A stretch of 64,000 nt of DNA from Candidatus Thorarchaeota archaeon (GCA_963726195.1 CAVSBO010000018.1:1-64000), one strand, 5' to 3'. Shown: positions 9,049-18,901, counted from the stretch's first letter. A program made the numbers and translations. Notes: generated by a model from the sequence alone, not told the origin.

Positions 9049-10542
9049 TCACAAGAAATAGCTTCCGTACTCGCCGACATACTTGGCACTGTCTGGACGG
9101 ACCGCCTGAGCACCAAGACCGCCAACCCCATTGAAAACAGCCTCCGCCTGCGTAACATGCTGAGGCAAGACAAGATTCTCCTGATCCTGCACCGCGAGAT
9201 CTCCTGCGATTCTTACTACTCCCCCCAAGTCCCTAAGCCTGAGTGTGAGTGCTTTCTTCTGCCCATCCAACTTGTATGCGAAATCCTCTGAAATCCTTAG
9301 GATTGACTCGACCGAGTCCGCCGTCAGGTGAGGTATTCTACCATCTTGTTCGACAGTCTGTGCAATGAATTGTACCGTCTTCTCGACATTCTGCGGTGTT
9401 TTGGGCATGGAAGAAGAGAGCATTATCTCATACCCGTAACCTCTGATTCGTGACCGCAACGGCGGAAGTATGCTGGGCAAGTCTTCAGGGTTACAGGATG
9501 CAAACAGGAGAAAGTCACAAGGAACATCGTCTACTCGTACGGCCGCACCAGAGCTCTGCGGATTGTGCCCGGTTATGGAGTACTTGCGGTCTTGCATCGC
9601 GGTCAGCAAATGCTTCTGATAAGGCCCTAGTGTTCCAATTTCGTCTATGTACAATAGGCCTTCGTGTGCTTCATGAATTGCCCCCGGAACCACTCTTCTG
9701 TAAGCGGGCATACCTAGAGCCTCAGCGCTTCCATATGGATCGTGTTTCACGTCTCCAAGCAGCTCGACCTCATTTGCCCCTGTGACTCTGACGAATCGCG
9801 GGCTCGTAAGCGAGACGAGCACGTGCTCATCGTCCTCACTAATGGATGTGCCTGCCGGGTTCTCATGCTCAAGGCCTCTGACCACCTGAATCAAATCATG
9901 TCCGGTTCTTCTGTACTCAACCTGATGCATAATGCCGTTCACGTTCTCGCGGCACGTCACACACATCAAGGCTCGTTCACCTACAACATCGAGAGCACGG
10001 AACAGCCCATGATATGAACCGTCACCAAGCCAGTCGCATCGTTTGGGACTGCTGCATTCTACACATGTACTTTGGTTCGGCGAAGAGAAGCTCCCACATC
10101 TTGGACACCTGTACCCCATCTTTGATGCGACCTCGAAAGGCATCTCCTCCGGCCGGATGTAGGAACAGTCAGATGCACTGTTCGTAGGTTTCTTTTGCTC
10201 GCGGTCATCGCCAACTCTGATAACCACGACATGAGGCCTGTCCGGATGCAGGGAATCATGCCGAAGTCTTATCTCCTCTCTAGGCTTGGGAAGAAGAGAA
10301 TAGGCCGCTTCTGCAAGGAGGGACTTGCCAACTCCCGGTGCTCCACACAGCAGGACATGTCTTCGCTGTGTCACGGCAGAACGAACAAGGGCAACCGCAT
10401 GATCTTGACCGACTATCCGTTCGAAGGGGTCTTTCGGAACCGTCACTTCTGCAGTGGTTTCCATCACGCCCAGGACAGATGTCAAGCTCGACGGCCTCGC
10501 ACCTTTCGGTGCATCACTTTCCTTGGACGAGTGTGATAACAC
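9049..10542 (-). CDS. LonB-like AAA+ ATPase lacking the protease domain, with a Zn-ribbon insert
   Basis: VGQDHAV, GAPGVGKS, LLGDVKHDPYG, GAIHEAHEGLLYIDE, LRSRIRGYGYE, LTLRLRDLGG; ends where the Ser-Lys protease domain would begin; start codon uncertain. Confidence 0.85.
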   Translation of the reverse strand: MLSHSSKESDAPKGARPSSLTSVLGVMETTAEVTVPKDPFERIVGQDHAVALVRSAVTQRRHVLLCGAPGVGKSLLAEAAYSLLPKPREEIRLRHDSLHPDRPHVVVIRVGDDREQKKPTNSASDCSYIRPEEMPFEVASKMGYRCPRCGSFSSPNQSTCVECSSPKRCDWLGDGSYHGLFRALDVVGERALMCVTCRENVNGIMHQVEYRRTGHDLIQVVRGLEHENPAGTSISEDDEHVLVSLTSPRFVRVTGANEVELLGDVKHDPYGSAEALGMPAYRRVVPGAIHEAHEGLLYIDEIGTLGPYQKHLLTAMQDRKYSITGHNPQSSGAAVRVDDVPCDFLLFASCNPEDLPSILPPLRSRIRGYGYEIMLSSSMPKTPQNVEKTVQFIAQTVEQDGRIPHLTADSVESILRISEDFAYKLDGQKKALTLRLRDLGGVVRIAGDLAVQDQENLVLPQHVTQAEAVFNGVGGLGAQAVRPDSAKYVGEYGSYFL

Positions 10543-10667
10543 TGTGTAATACGGGACAGCAAATTATGGAGAAAACTGGTCTCAGTTGTCTCTCAGGCAA
10601 AAATGATTGTAGTTCATGAAGCCCTCAATGGCACATTTGATGGAATCGGTCAATGAGAAAGATTACG

Positions 10668-10726
10668 CCGGAGAGAGAACATCCCTGCAGAGTTTGTGAG
10701 GGAACGAGGGTCAGTCTTCTCTCCGG
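10668..10726 (-). terminator. Stem-loop directly downstream of dnaG
   Basis: CCGGAGAGAGAAC / GTCTTCTCTCCGG outer stem plus TCCCT/AGGGA inner stem, 10 nt after the stop codon. Confidence 0.45.
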
Positions 10727-10735
10727 GTCTGACAA

Positions 10736-12037
10736 CTACTGTCCGAGATCAGCGAATGTAGTGATTTGAAGGCTTGCTGGTTTACTCTCGATATCTGCGA
10801 CAGCTGCGCCGATTATGAGCCGTGTCTGTTTCTTAGTGGCCGTATCGACCAATCGTTGTGTTACGACACCATCAAACACGATCGTATCGACAGATTTCTG
10901 CGACTCTAGTGTTTTCGCGAGGTCCGCAACTCCACATTCAACCAGAACATCCTTGTTCTTGTTGAACAGCACAGCCTTGAAAGATTCCTTGATTTCAGGT
11001 ATCCTTGCTATGAAGGCTTGGTCGACTTGAGGTACAGCCCGCTGATGTCCCCTAGGTGCCCTAGTGGGCGCTTTCACCGGTTCGGTCGTCTTCTCTTCCG
11101 TCCGACGCCCTTCCTCTTTTCTGCCCTCCTCCTTCCGAGGTGGCCGAGGAGACCTCCTGAAGAACGATCTTTTCTTCGGGGGAACGGCTGTCTTCGGTTC
11201 ACTGACAAGAGCCAATGCCTGTTCAGCAGGTATCTTGGCCTGTAATGCTTTGAGGATGTCCGGGCGAGCGAGTTCCTCCACTTCTTTGCCTTCTGGAGCT
11301 CGTGCGATGTAGTCCACCTTGGCAACTTGCATGAGCTCTCTGAGGATTAGGTCTCCGCCCCTGTCTCCATCGAGGAATGCGATAATCGTCTTTCCGGACT
11401 TTCTGGTGAGCTCTGATACCGACTTGGGAACGTGAGTTCCCTCGACAGCTACAGTGTTCTCAATACCGCTCTTCATCAGATTAATGACATCGGCTCTGCC
11501 TTCAACAATGATTATCTCGCCACTATTCGTCATTTCAGGTCCTGCAGGAAGGTTCTCGGGACCGAACTTGGCAACGGTCTTCTTTTTGCCCGCAGTGACC
11601 GCGCTCGTGATTTCTACTGTGCCTGGGGCGGTCTCTTCTTCCCAATCCTTCAGAATGCTTATCGCCCTACTGACGACTCTCCGGCGCTTTGCGCCTCGGA
11701 TGTCCTCAAGCTTCTCAAGTGTGACCTTCGCAGTGCATGGACCAACTCTGTCTACGGTCTCCAATGAGGCGGCTAGCATTGCAGTAGCTGTCTTGTTCAG
11801 TGAGACTGGTATGACTATCTCTCCCTTGCTAATTCCTCCCTCGGATTTCACAGCTATCTGGATTCTCCCTATGCGTCCGGTGCGCTGAAGTTCACGCAGG
11901 TCGAGGTCCTCCCCCAGAAGCCCCTCTGTCTGACCGAATACCGCTCCCACCACATCCGGCTTGTCGACGACTCCGTCGATTTCTATCTTTGCCCTGATTA
12001 CGTACTTTGCAGTACTCTGGTCAAAGTCTGTCCCTAT
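10736..12037 (-). CDS. dnaG: Archaeal DnaG (TOPRIM, exosome-associated)
   Basis: GAVFGQTEGLLG, VEGRADV, DGDRGG; conserved N-terminus TAKYVIRAKIEIDGVVDKPDVV lies upstream of the ORF-track start; plausible start is ATA at 12037. Confidence 0.95.
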   Translation of the reverse strand: MGTDFDQSTAKYVIRAKIEIDGVVDKPDVVGAVFGQTEGLLGEDLDLRELQRTGRIGRIQIAVKSEGGISKGEIVIPVSLNKTATAMLAASLETVDRVGPCTAKVTLEKLEDIRGAKRRRVVSRAISILKDWEEETAPGTVEITSAVTAGKKKTVAKFGPENLPAGPEMTNSGEIIIVEGRADVINLMKSGIENTVAVEGTHVPKSVSELTRKSGKTIIAFLDGDRGGDLILRELMQVAKVDYIARAPEGKEVEELARPDILKALQAKIPAEQALALVSEPKTAVPPKKRSFFRRSPRPPRKEEGRKEEGRRTEEKTTEPVKAPTRAPRGHQRAVPQVDQAFIARIPEIKESFKAVLFNKNKDVLVECGVADLAKTLESQKSVDTIVFDGVVTQRLVDTATKKQTRLIIGAAVADIESKPASLQITTFADLGQ

Positions 12038-12378
12038 TTCTACACACTTCTCCTATACTCTACTGCCTAGTCCCCTCCTCCGATGAGTCTGGCAGTTGTG
12101 GCTTGCCAATGCCTCATTGACCTGAGATTCTCATTCAAGGTCTGCAGCGTATTGATACTCCAGCAGAGACTCTCGTTCCTGCCTTTACTTCCGTAAAGAT
12201 GATTGAGACACAGATTGTGATTGGATGAGTGATAACGGTCGTGAGGCCCGTTTGGCGAATCGTCACCGGCTCAGGCTCATTTCGGAGCCAAGGGGGCCCA
12301 CGGCGCATGTGATGTAATGATTTGATGATATGGAAAGCTGAAGCTTGTTCAGCACTATTTGCGCGATTTCTCCATTGC

Positions 12379-12507
12379 ATCATATATGAACGTGTCGCTG
12401 GCGGACAAGAGATTCGCGCGTTTGCCGTCAGTAGCCGGCAACAGGCCTTCGCAACGATTCTTTTAGAGATGGGCGTATATAGTCGCGTATCGACATCTAA
12501 CTCGTAG
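12379..12507 (+). pseudogene. Possible remnant of an IS607-type serine-recombinase TnpA
   Basis: Frame reads ...IYERVAGGQEIRAF...GVYSRVST, resembling the YARVS catalytic motif, immediately upstream of tnpB. Confidence 0.3.
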
Positions 12508-12543
12508 AGTAAGAGCATCATTGCCAACGAGGAATAATGCTCA

Positions 12544-13830
12544 GTGATTAAGACGTACACGCTCGGGCACGGCCTCTGTTTGGACGCTTTCTTCTTGGCC
12601 TACCGTGACACGCTCAACGGGATGATTTCCGAGATTTGGAATAACATCCGCTGGGCTGAGAAGTCGAAGAAGAGCAGCAAACAAGTGCGGGTCTTCCCGT
12701 TAATCCCAAATTACGCATTCAAGAAGTGGATGCGGGACGAGTTCCTCGACGGGTGGGAGTATTCCGCGCACTGGATCGACTCTGCGCTGAAGACCGCGTT
12801 CTCCGTCATCGACTCGTGGAAGAAGAACTACAACAAGGGATGGCGGAAGCGAAACAAGCCTGTCGTGAAGCGGTTCTTCGTCCGGGTGAAACAGACTCTG
12901 ATGAAGGTCGAGGGTGAACGGATGCGGATTCCAATCAAGCCGAACCAGTTCGTCTACATTGACCTCTCCAAGCAGCACTTCGCGCTGGACGGCAAAATCG
13001 GGGAGCCAATCCTCACAGACACCAAACTGCACATCCCAATCACGCTTCCGGATGGTGAAGCTGACGTGAAGGACGCGGTCGGGTGGGACTCGAACGTGTT
13101 CTCCATCGACGGCTAATCGGAAAGGCGTGGTTGGCTCAAGGTCGACATCAAGCCGCTGCATACCATCCACATCACCTATGACAACAAGCTCAGGAACATC
13201 AACCGTGTCTATGCCCGGAATAAGAAGGCGGGCATCAGTCTCTATGCCAAATACCGGGCGCGATGCAAGAATAGAATGAAGGAATACCTGTGCGACGTTG
13301 TCAACCAGATGACTGAGGTTCCCGCAATACACGGGTTCGAGAATCTGGAGAAGAAACACCTGTTCAAGAGTCATCACCGCCGCTGGAACCGCGAACTTGA
13401 CCACGCGGACTGGCGGCAGCTCTACCAGCTCGTGAAGAATAGAGCCGAGACCATCGAGGTGAACCTGGCATGGGCATCGAAGCGCTGCAGCAGGTGCGGG
13501 GCAACAAACAAATCCCTGAGAGCTGAGAAGGTCTTCGAGTGTCCGTCATGCGGATTGAGAATCGACCGACAGTTCAACGCGAGCGTCAACATCTACCTAA
13601 AGATGAGAGGAGTTTCACCGGAAGCGCCGTGGTTCGATGCCGTGGTGTTCCCGGCTGGGTTGCCCTTGATGGGAGCAGAGACGAGAGATACCGATGAACT
13701 CGCGAGGCATCTCGATGAACTGATGAAGCCCCGGGTCTACATGTCTGTCAATGAGCATGCAGGCCACAACCCTAATAGCCTTCCAGATTATCATCCGGAT
13801 GTTCAGCAGAACCGATGCCGTGGATTCTGA
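12544..13830 (+). pseudogene. tnpB: TnpB RNA-guided endonuclease (IS200/IS605/IS607 superfamily) with one in-frame nonsense codon
   Basis: The two ORF-track ORFs share a frame and are separated only by TAA at 13114-13116; RuvC-I VGWDSN, RuvC-II HGFENL, CSRCG/CPSCG Zn finger, DRQFNASVNI. Confidence 0.88.
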
Positions 13831-14154
13831 ACAGAAGACATGGCTAGCGACTGTTTGAACAGTGACCTGCCAAGCACCGTTTGGACGAGCCACAACGGAC
13901 CCGCATGATGTGGATGCTTATCCCAAGATGAATCCGGGTCACCTTGGTATCGTACATTGGCAGGCGGGCCGATGCCATTCATCCTTACACGAGGCAGCTC
14001 AGCTGAGCCGGACATACGGTCCGATGCTGTGAGGCTGGGGGTTTGTGTAATCAGGGTACAGGCATCGGCCACACCTTCTTCGGGTTTTCAAATGCAATTT
14101 CTTGAGCCACAGAACGGTTTAAGACAGAAGTCTCCGCCGCTACTTCTCGAGTTC

Positions 14155-15072
14155 ATGATGAGTGTTGATCCGCATCCAGACTTTGTTAAGGCTGGCCATA
14201 TTGCAGCACGGGTGCTCTCCGAGGTAGTTGAGAAGGTCAAGCCCGGAGAAAAGATTCTGACTATCTGTACTCTTGCTGAGAAGAAGATACTTGATTACGG
14301 CGGGAAGTCTGCAGGTATTGCCTTTCCCTGCAATGTTTCCTTGAATCAACAAGCTGCACACTATACTAGTCCCTATGGAGACGCATCTGTGCTGCCACAG
14401 AGGGGCCTCGTGAAAGTGGACTTGGGTGTGCACGTCAACGGTCATATCTCAGACACGGCAGTCACTATCGACCTTGACGGTTCTCTCCGGCGGTTCGTCA
14501 TTGCGACAGAAGAAGCACTGGACGCAGCTATCGCAGCTATAAGACCCGGAATCAGTCTGGGCGATGTGGGTGCAATCATAGAGCGAACGATAAGGAGGCA
14601 CGGCCTGAGACCAGTGCATCAGTTGTCAGGTCATCAGCTGAAACCGTGGATCCTACATGCTGGTAAGAGCGTGCCGAATGTCGGTGTAAGACGAAGCGAA
14701 AGAATCGAGGTCGGTGAGACATACGCTGTCGAACCATTCGCGACGGACGGTGACGGAACAGTAAGGAACACCGAGGAGGCTTTCATCTATTCCAATGTCA
14801 TTACCGAGAACGTGAATGTAGATGGGAAAGCTCGTGAAGTCCTCAATAAGGCTCGTCAAAGGTTCAGAACTCTTCCTTGGGCGTCTCGGTGGCTACATGA
14901 AGACGCCTTTGATGTTGTTCCGGTAATTCACGCACTTGTCAACATTGGAGCCGTTAGGCAGTACCCTGTGCTTGTCGAGGGCAAGGGTGGGATGGTCGCG
15001 CAATCTGAACACAGCCTGTTCGTAAGCAAGCGTGGCGCCATTGTGACGACCGCACGCAGCAAACAGGAATGA
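14155..15072 (+). CDS. map: Type II methionine aminopeptidase (copy 1)
   Basis: AFPCN, AAHYT, KVDLGVHVNG.ISDTA, SGH, AVEPF, AQSEH. Confidence 0.93.
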   Translation: MMSVDPHPDFVKAGHIAARVLSEVVEKVKPGEKILTICTLAEKKILDYGGKSAGIAFPCNVSLNQQAAHYTSPYGDASVLPQRGLVKVDLGVHVNGHISDTAVTIDLDGSLRRFVIATEEALDAAIAAIRPGISLGDVGAIIERTIRRHGLRPVHQLSGHQLKPWILHAGKSVPNVGVRRSERIEVGETYAVEPFATDGDGTVRNTEEAFIYSNVITENVNVDGKAREVLNKARQRFRTLPWASRWLHEDAFDVVPVIHALVNIGAVRQYPVLVEGKGGMVAQSEHSLFVSKRGAIVTTARSKQE

Positions 15073-15177
15073 TAGGGCTTCATTTTCTGAATACAGTTGG
15101 AAGCACTCGGGTCCGCTGGAGTTCGCTAATGAAACATCTTAAGAACCGGGCCCAGAGACGAATACGATGGTGCCTCA

Positions 15178-16075
15178 ATGGGTTCAGTTCCTCCACCGGC
15201 TCAGCTTCAAGCGGGCAAGATTGCATCCCGCGTATTGAAAGAGACTGCCGAACAAGTCAAGCCGAAAGCGGGAATACTCGATCTCTGCAGGCTCGCTGAA
15301 AAGAGAATAATAGAGTATGGTGCCAGACCTGCTTTCCCATGCAATATCTGCATCGACAGCATCGCGGCACACTATACGTCACCGAGGGACGACCACTCCA
15401 CGATACCGGATTGTGGGCTTGTGAAGGTTGACATTGGCGTTCATATTGACGGGTACATCATTGATACTGCAAGAACTGTCGACATAGATGGTACTCTGGA
15501 AGGCTTTGTGTCCGCCACGGATGACGCCCTTGGAGAGGCGATTAGCATGATTGCGCCCGGAACGCGCCTGAGTGAAGTGGGTGCAAGCATTGAGAAGATT
15601 ATCAAGGCCTATGGCCTAAGACCTGTCAAGGAACTCACAGGTCACAGCATAGCAAGATACACACTGCATTCAGGCAAGAGCGTGCCCAACTACGGGACTC
15701 ATGGGAGTGCGCAAGCACAGGCTGGCGAGTGTTATGCAATCGAACCTTTTGCAACAAGTGGCTCGGGCATATCAGAAACAAAGAGTGCGTACATCTTCAG
15801 CAATACCGGGCTTGACAAGACCCTTGAAGGCATGGCCGAGAAGCTCAGACTGCATTTGAAACAGAAGTATGGTCTTCTTCCTTTCGCTTCCAGATGGGTA
15901 CAGGCGGCAACAGAACAGATAGATGTTCCCGAACTACTTAGGGAGCTGACTGAGAAACAGGGTCATCAAGGCCTATCCTGTCCTAGCAGAGAAGAAGGGA
16001 CGACCCGTGGCTCAGAGCGAGCATACAATCTTTGTATCAGAGAATGGGGCGATAGTACTCAGTCAATCAAACTAG
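15178..16075 (+). CDS. map: Type II methionine aminopeptidase (copy 2); apparent +1 frameshift near 15948
   Basis: Same metal-ligand motifs; the C-terminal YPVLAEKKGRPVAQSEHT lies in another frame ending TAG at 16075. Confidence 0.9.
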
Positions 16076-16479
16076 AAATCGGACTTGCCTTTCCGCTCTT
16101 CTTCTCTGACCACATAGACACCATCTATGGTCACCGGAGAGCTGCACTTTGGGCATTTCGTTTCCAGAGACTTCAACATGAAATCGCCTTTCTGGAAGTC
16201 CCTGATTTCTTTGAAGTCGCAGCTCGCGTTGCTACATCTAATCTCCGTTATCGTAGGCGGGGCTGGCTTGTGCCCGCTTTGCCGTTTTCCTGCTGTCAGA
16301 AGATTGAGTCCGATTGAGATAATGAGGAGACCGATGAACATCCAGATGTAGGACTGAGTCGGATCGTTCACTGTTACGAGTACAACCAGTGTTCCTATTA
16401 CAGATATGACCAGCCCGATTATCCTAGAGACTGCTCCCACTATTGACACCTCACAGACCAATACCCATCGTATTTCCAA
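16072..16479 (-). CDS. Small membrane protein with C-terminal Zn ribbon
   Basis: Two hydrophobic segments, CSNASC...RDFQKGDF...CPKC; downstream of the DUF1512 gene; start may be ~30 nt later. Confidence 0.75.
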   Translation of the reverse strand: MEIRWVLVCEVSIVGAVSRIIGLVISVIGTLVVLVTVNDPTQSYIWMFIGLLIISIGLNLLTAGKRQSGHKPAPPTITEIRCSNASCDFKEIRDFQKGDFMLKSLETKCPKCSSPVTIDGVYVVREEERKGKSDF

Positions 16480-17569
16480 TTCCCGCGAGTACGATTTTGT
16501 CCCCTGGCCGAGTGCGCTTGAGTATAGCTTCCTTGATGCGGTCGATAACTTCAGGAACAGATTCGAGGACTTTCTTCTGCATTACTCCAATAGCCCCAGC
16601 CTCATCTTCCTTAATGACAAAGGCTTCCAAGGCAATGCCATTTTGAGTCGCCGTCTCTTCTATCGCGTGCTTCTCTGGGCCCGGGTCGCCTATGGCTGCC
16701 CCAGCGCCTTCCGAAATTCGTCCGAGTTCTTCGCCCTCAAGTTTCAGAGCCGCATCTACTGTGATTATGCGCTTGATTTCGCCGTTGTTCTGTTCGACGA
16801 GCGTCTTCACGGCAAAACCTGGCTTGCCCACTGTACCTCCAGGGCCTGTAGCACGCAGCACGTACACTGTTCTTCCTTCTGCTTGTACGGGGTAATAGCC
16901 AACCTCACGACCAATCTCATTCACATAGGCATCAGGGCCCACTCCATATTTCCTGGCGAATCTGGTCACTACAACTACTCCGACACCGTCACCGATGGGT
17001 TTTCCGTCGGAGAATGCTTCCACTGAGTCAAAGTATGCCTTGGCCATTCTCAGTAGATCTGGCATCTGCATCTGTATCTGCATAATCATGATTTGGCTCC
17101 CTGTCTTCTTTCCCAGAAGATAGAAGTGCCTAACAACCCTGAATGCCAGTGAGAGAAACTGAGTTACCTCCATGGTGTTCTCAAGGTTCTGATACACGCT
17201 TGTGGTGGCGTTAGGGGCTAGTTCCCTAACGAATTCCTGAAACCTCTCTCTCCTATCGTCCAGAAGATGGTCAAGACGCTTGAGGACTCCTGCCGGGTCC
17301 AAATCAACCGGCATGATTGTAAAGAAGTCGAGCCAGCGGTCAATACCTTTGGCGATTTCTGCTTCGGTCTTGCCGTACTGCTTGAACGTCGATATGGCGG
17401 ATTCTCTCGAATCGATGGACATCTGCTTAAGTTCGTAGAGACCTGACTCAATCTGCTTCAGCCATTGCCAGACCTGTATCTTTGCACCGTAGAGGCTGAA
17501 TATCAAAATGAAGGCATAGAATCCTATGTTGAGTAGCCAGTCTGAATTGACTGAGATCCACGCCGCCAA
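16451..17569 (-). CDS. DUF1512 family protein
   Basis: PVDLDPAG, PIGDGVG, GPGGTVGKPG, VDAALKLEGE, GIGNTMGIG. Confidence 0.85.
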   Translation of the reverse strand: MAAWISVNSDWLLNIGFYAFILIFSLYGAKIQVWQWLKQIESGLYELKQMSIDSRESAISTFKQYGKTEAEIAKGIDRWLDFFTIMPVDLDPAGVLKRLDHLLDDRRERFQEFVRELAPNATTSVYQNLENTMEVTQFLSLAFRVVRHFYLLGKKTGSQIMIMQIQMQMPDLLRMAKAYFDSVEAFSDGKPIGDGVGVVVVTRFARKYGVGPDAYVNEIGREVGYYPVQAEGRTVYVLRATGPGGTVGKPGFAVKTLVEQNNGEIKRIITVDAALKLEGEELGRISEGAGAAIGDPGPEKHAIEETATQNGIALEAFVIKEDEAGAIGVMQKKVLESVPEVIDRIKEAILKRTRPGDKIVLAGIGNTMGIGL

Positions 17570-17684
17570 TCTGCATATGTATCACCGGCAAGACTTGTAG
17601 TAGCTCTTTAATGGTTTCTATATGTGAAAGGATGAAAAGATCACTTAGGCAAGAAGATGGACTAAAGAATCTAAGGAGGAAGAA

Positions 17685-17802
17685 TGTGGCAGCTGTCAGG
17701 CCTGTCACGGGCTCGCGCACCGCACATGTCCTGACACGGCAACCTGCTTAACTTCGGAGATCGGAACGGGATCCGGTGAACCAGGCTGCCTGTGGCCGCC
17801 AT
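17685..17802 (-). rRNA. rrf: 5S rRNA, solitary (not in an rrn operon)
   Basis: Minus strand TGGCGGCC...GGATCCCGTTCCGATCTCCGAAGTTAAGC...GCGAGC...GCTGCCA; helix I TGGCGGC/GCTGCCA; helix II GGCAGCCTG/CAGGTTGCC; ~118 nt. Confidence 0.92.
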
Positions 17803-17827
17803 CGAGCAGTTCCTTCGTCAGGTTTTG

Positions 17828-17838
17828 TTTTAAACGTT
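17828..17838 (-). promoter_or_regulatory. BRE/TATA promoter of the 5S rRNA
   Basis: AACGTTTAAAA ~26 nt upstream of the 5S 5' end; AACGTTTA also precedes tRNA-Thr and tRNA-Ile. Confidence 0.6.
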
Positions 17839-17907
17839 GCCCTCCGACTCAGCATAGGCCTGTAAGGCAGTACTGCAAGGGGGGTCCCTTTGTGGCCGAC
17901 TGCATGA

Positions 17908-18801
17908 TTACTGGCTGCGCGCTTCGCGTGTTTTTGGATTCGGTCTGTGCATCAGTGTTCTGACTCTTCCAAAGGGGAGTCTAATCCGTCCGGTCCGATG
18001 TAGAACTATCAACACTATCAGTAGAAATGCCGTACCCATCAGTGAGAACGAGATGATGTAGTCCAAAACTACAATGAGCGGGATGATTGGATTACCAGAG
18101 GCGAAGACCGTTAGCATCCTCGAATCGGCAGTGGAAGTAAGGTTGTCTGTTGCATGCAGAGACGCCGCCTGAGGACCAAAGTCGTTGTAGTACTTTTCAA
18201 GTACAATCTCTGCTTTCCCCTGGACTAGCGGTATCTGTTGACCATCGCCGAGGATGAATACTAGTCTGTCGATCACCAATGTGCCACCGAAATCAATCAC
18301 ATACATTGAGAAGGCCTCGGAATCCATAAGCAGAGTACCACCGGCCTCCTGGCCATCAGCGATTGAACCATTGAACGCAAAAAGCGGGTTGATCATGTAC
18401 ATGTCGTGTAGATGGCCAGAGCTGTCATGCCACTTCGGATAGTATGCGACACTCTCAATCGAGATGTTCTGTATCACTGCCCGACCCAGAATCGTCTTGC
18501 CATAAATGAACGCCATTTCCACGGACATGTACAGTTGGCTGAGTATCGGAGGTTGGCTCTGATAGAGATAAGTGACGGCGAATGAGCTGCGTATGAGAAG
18601 GCCCTCTAATCCGCCCGGCAATCTAAATGATGCACGATAGACAAAGCCATCGACATCATAGCTCTGGATTTCAGGAGATAGTGGCCGGGCCGTAGTCGTG
18701 TTGGTCGATGCGGCAACTGGGACGATGGCCACAGTAATCACAGCAAGCATCAAGAAGACAGCGTAGAGTCCAACTATTGGCCGGTTCACTTCTTGTATCA
18801 C
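17908..18801 (-). CDS. Hypothetical surface protein (N-terminal signal peptide, C-terminal TM anchor)
   Basis: 297 aa ORF; hydrophobic N-terminus ending VAA; C-terminal TM followed by a basic tail. Confidence 0.7.
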   Translation of the reverse strand: MIQEVNRPIVGLYAVFLMLAVITVAIVPVAASTNTTTARPLSPEIQSYDVDGFVYRASFRLPGGLEGLLIRSSFAVTYLYQSQPPILSQLYMSVEMAFIYGKTILGRAVIQNISIESVAYYPKWHDSSGHLHDMYMINPLFAFNGSIADGQEAGGTLLMDSEAFSMYVIDFGGTLVIDRLVFILGDGQQIPLVQGKAEIVLEKYYNDFGPQAASLHATDNLTSTADSRMLTVFASGNPIIPLIVVLDYIISFSLMGTAFLLIVLIVLHRTGRIRLPFGRVRTLMHRPNPKTREARSQ

Positions 18802-18901
18802 CTGAAAGAATTCAGCTTCTCTTGCTTAAGATTACGAAAAGGCTGTTCCTATGTAAGCAATCGCATTCGTGCTTGCAAAGAAGAACCGGCTGAGGTGGAA
18901 C

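Noticed and set aside
10668-10726. SECIS element after dnaG
   Set aside because: TGA/AAA/GA words are present, but the 3' arm is too short for helix II and dnaG has no in-frame TGA.
12324-13796. Terminal inverted repeats around tnpB (GATGATATGGAAAGCT vs reverse complement GATGATAATCTGGAAGGCT)
   Set aside because: Needs a 3-nt gap, no target duplication is visible, and these IS families do not use TIRs; possibly chance.
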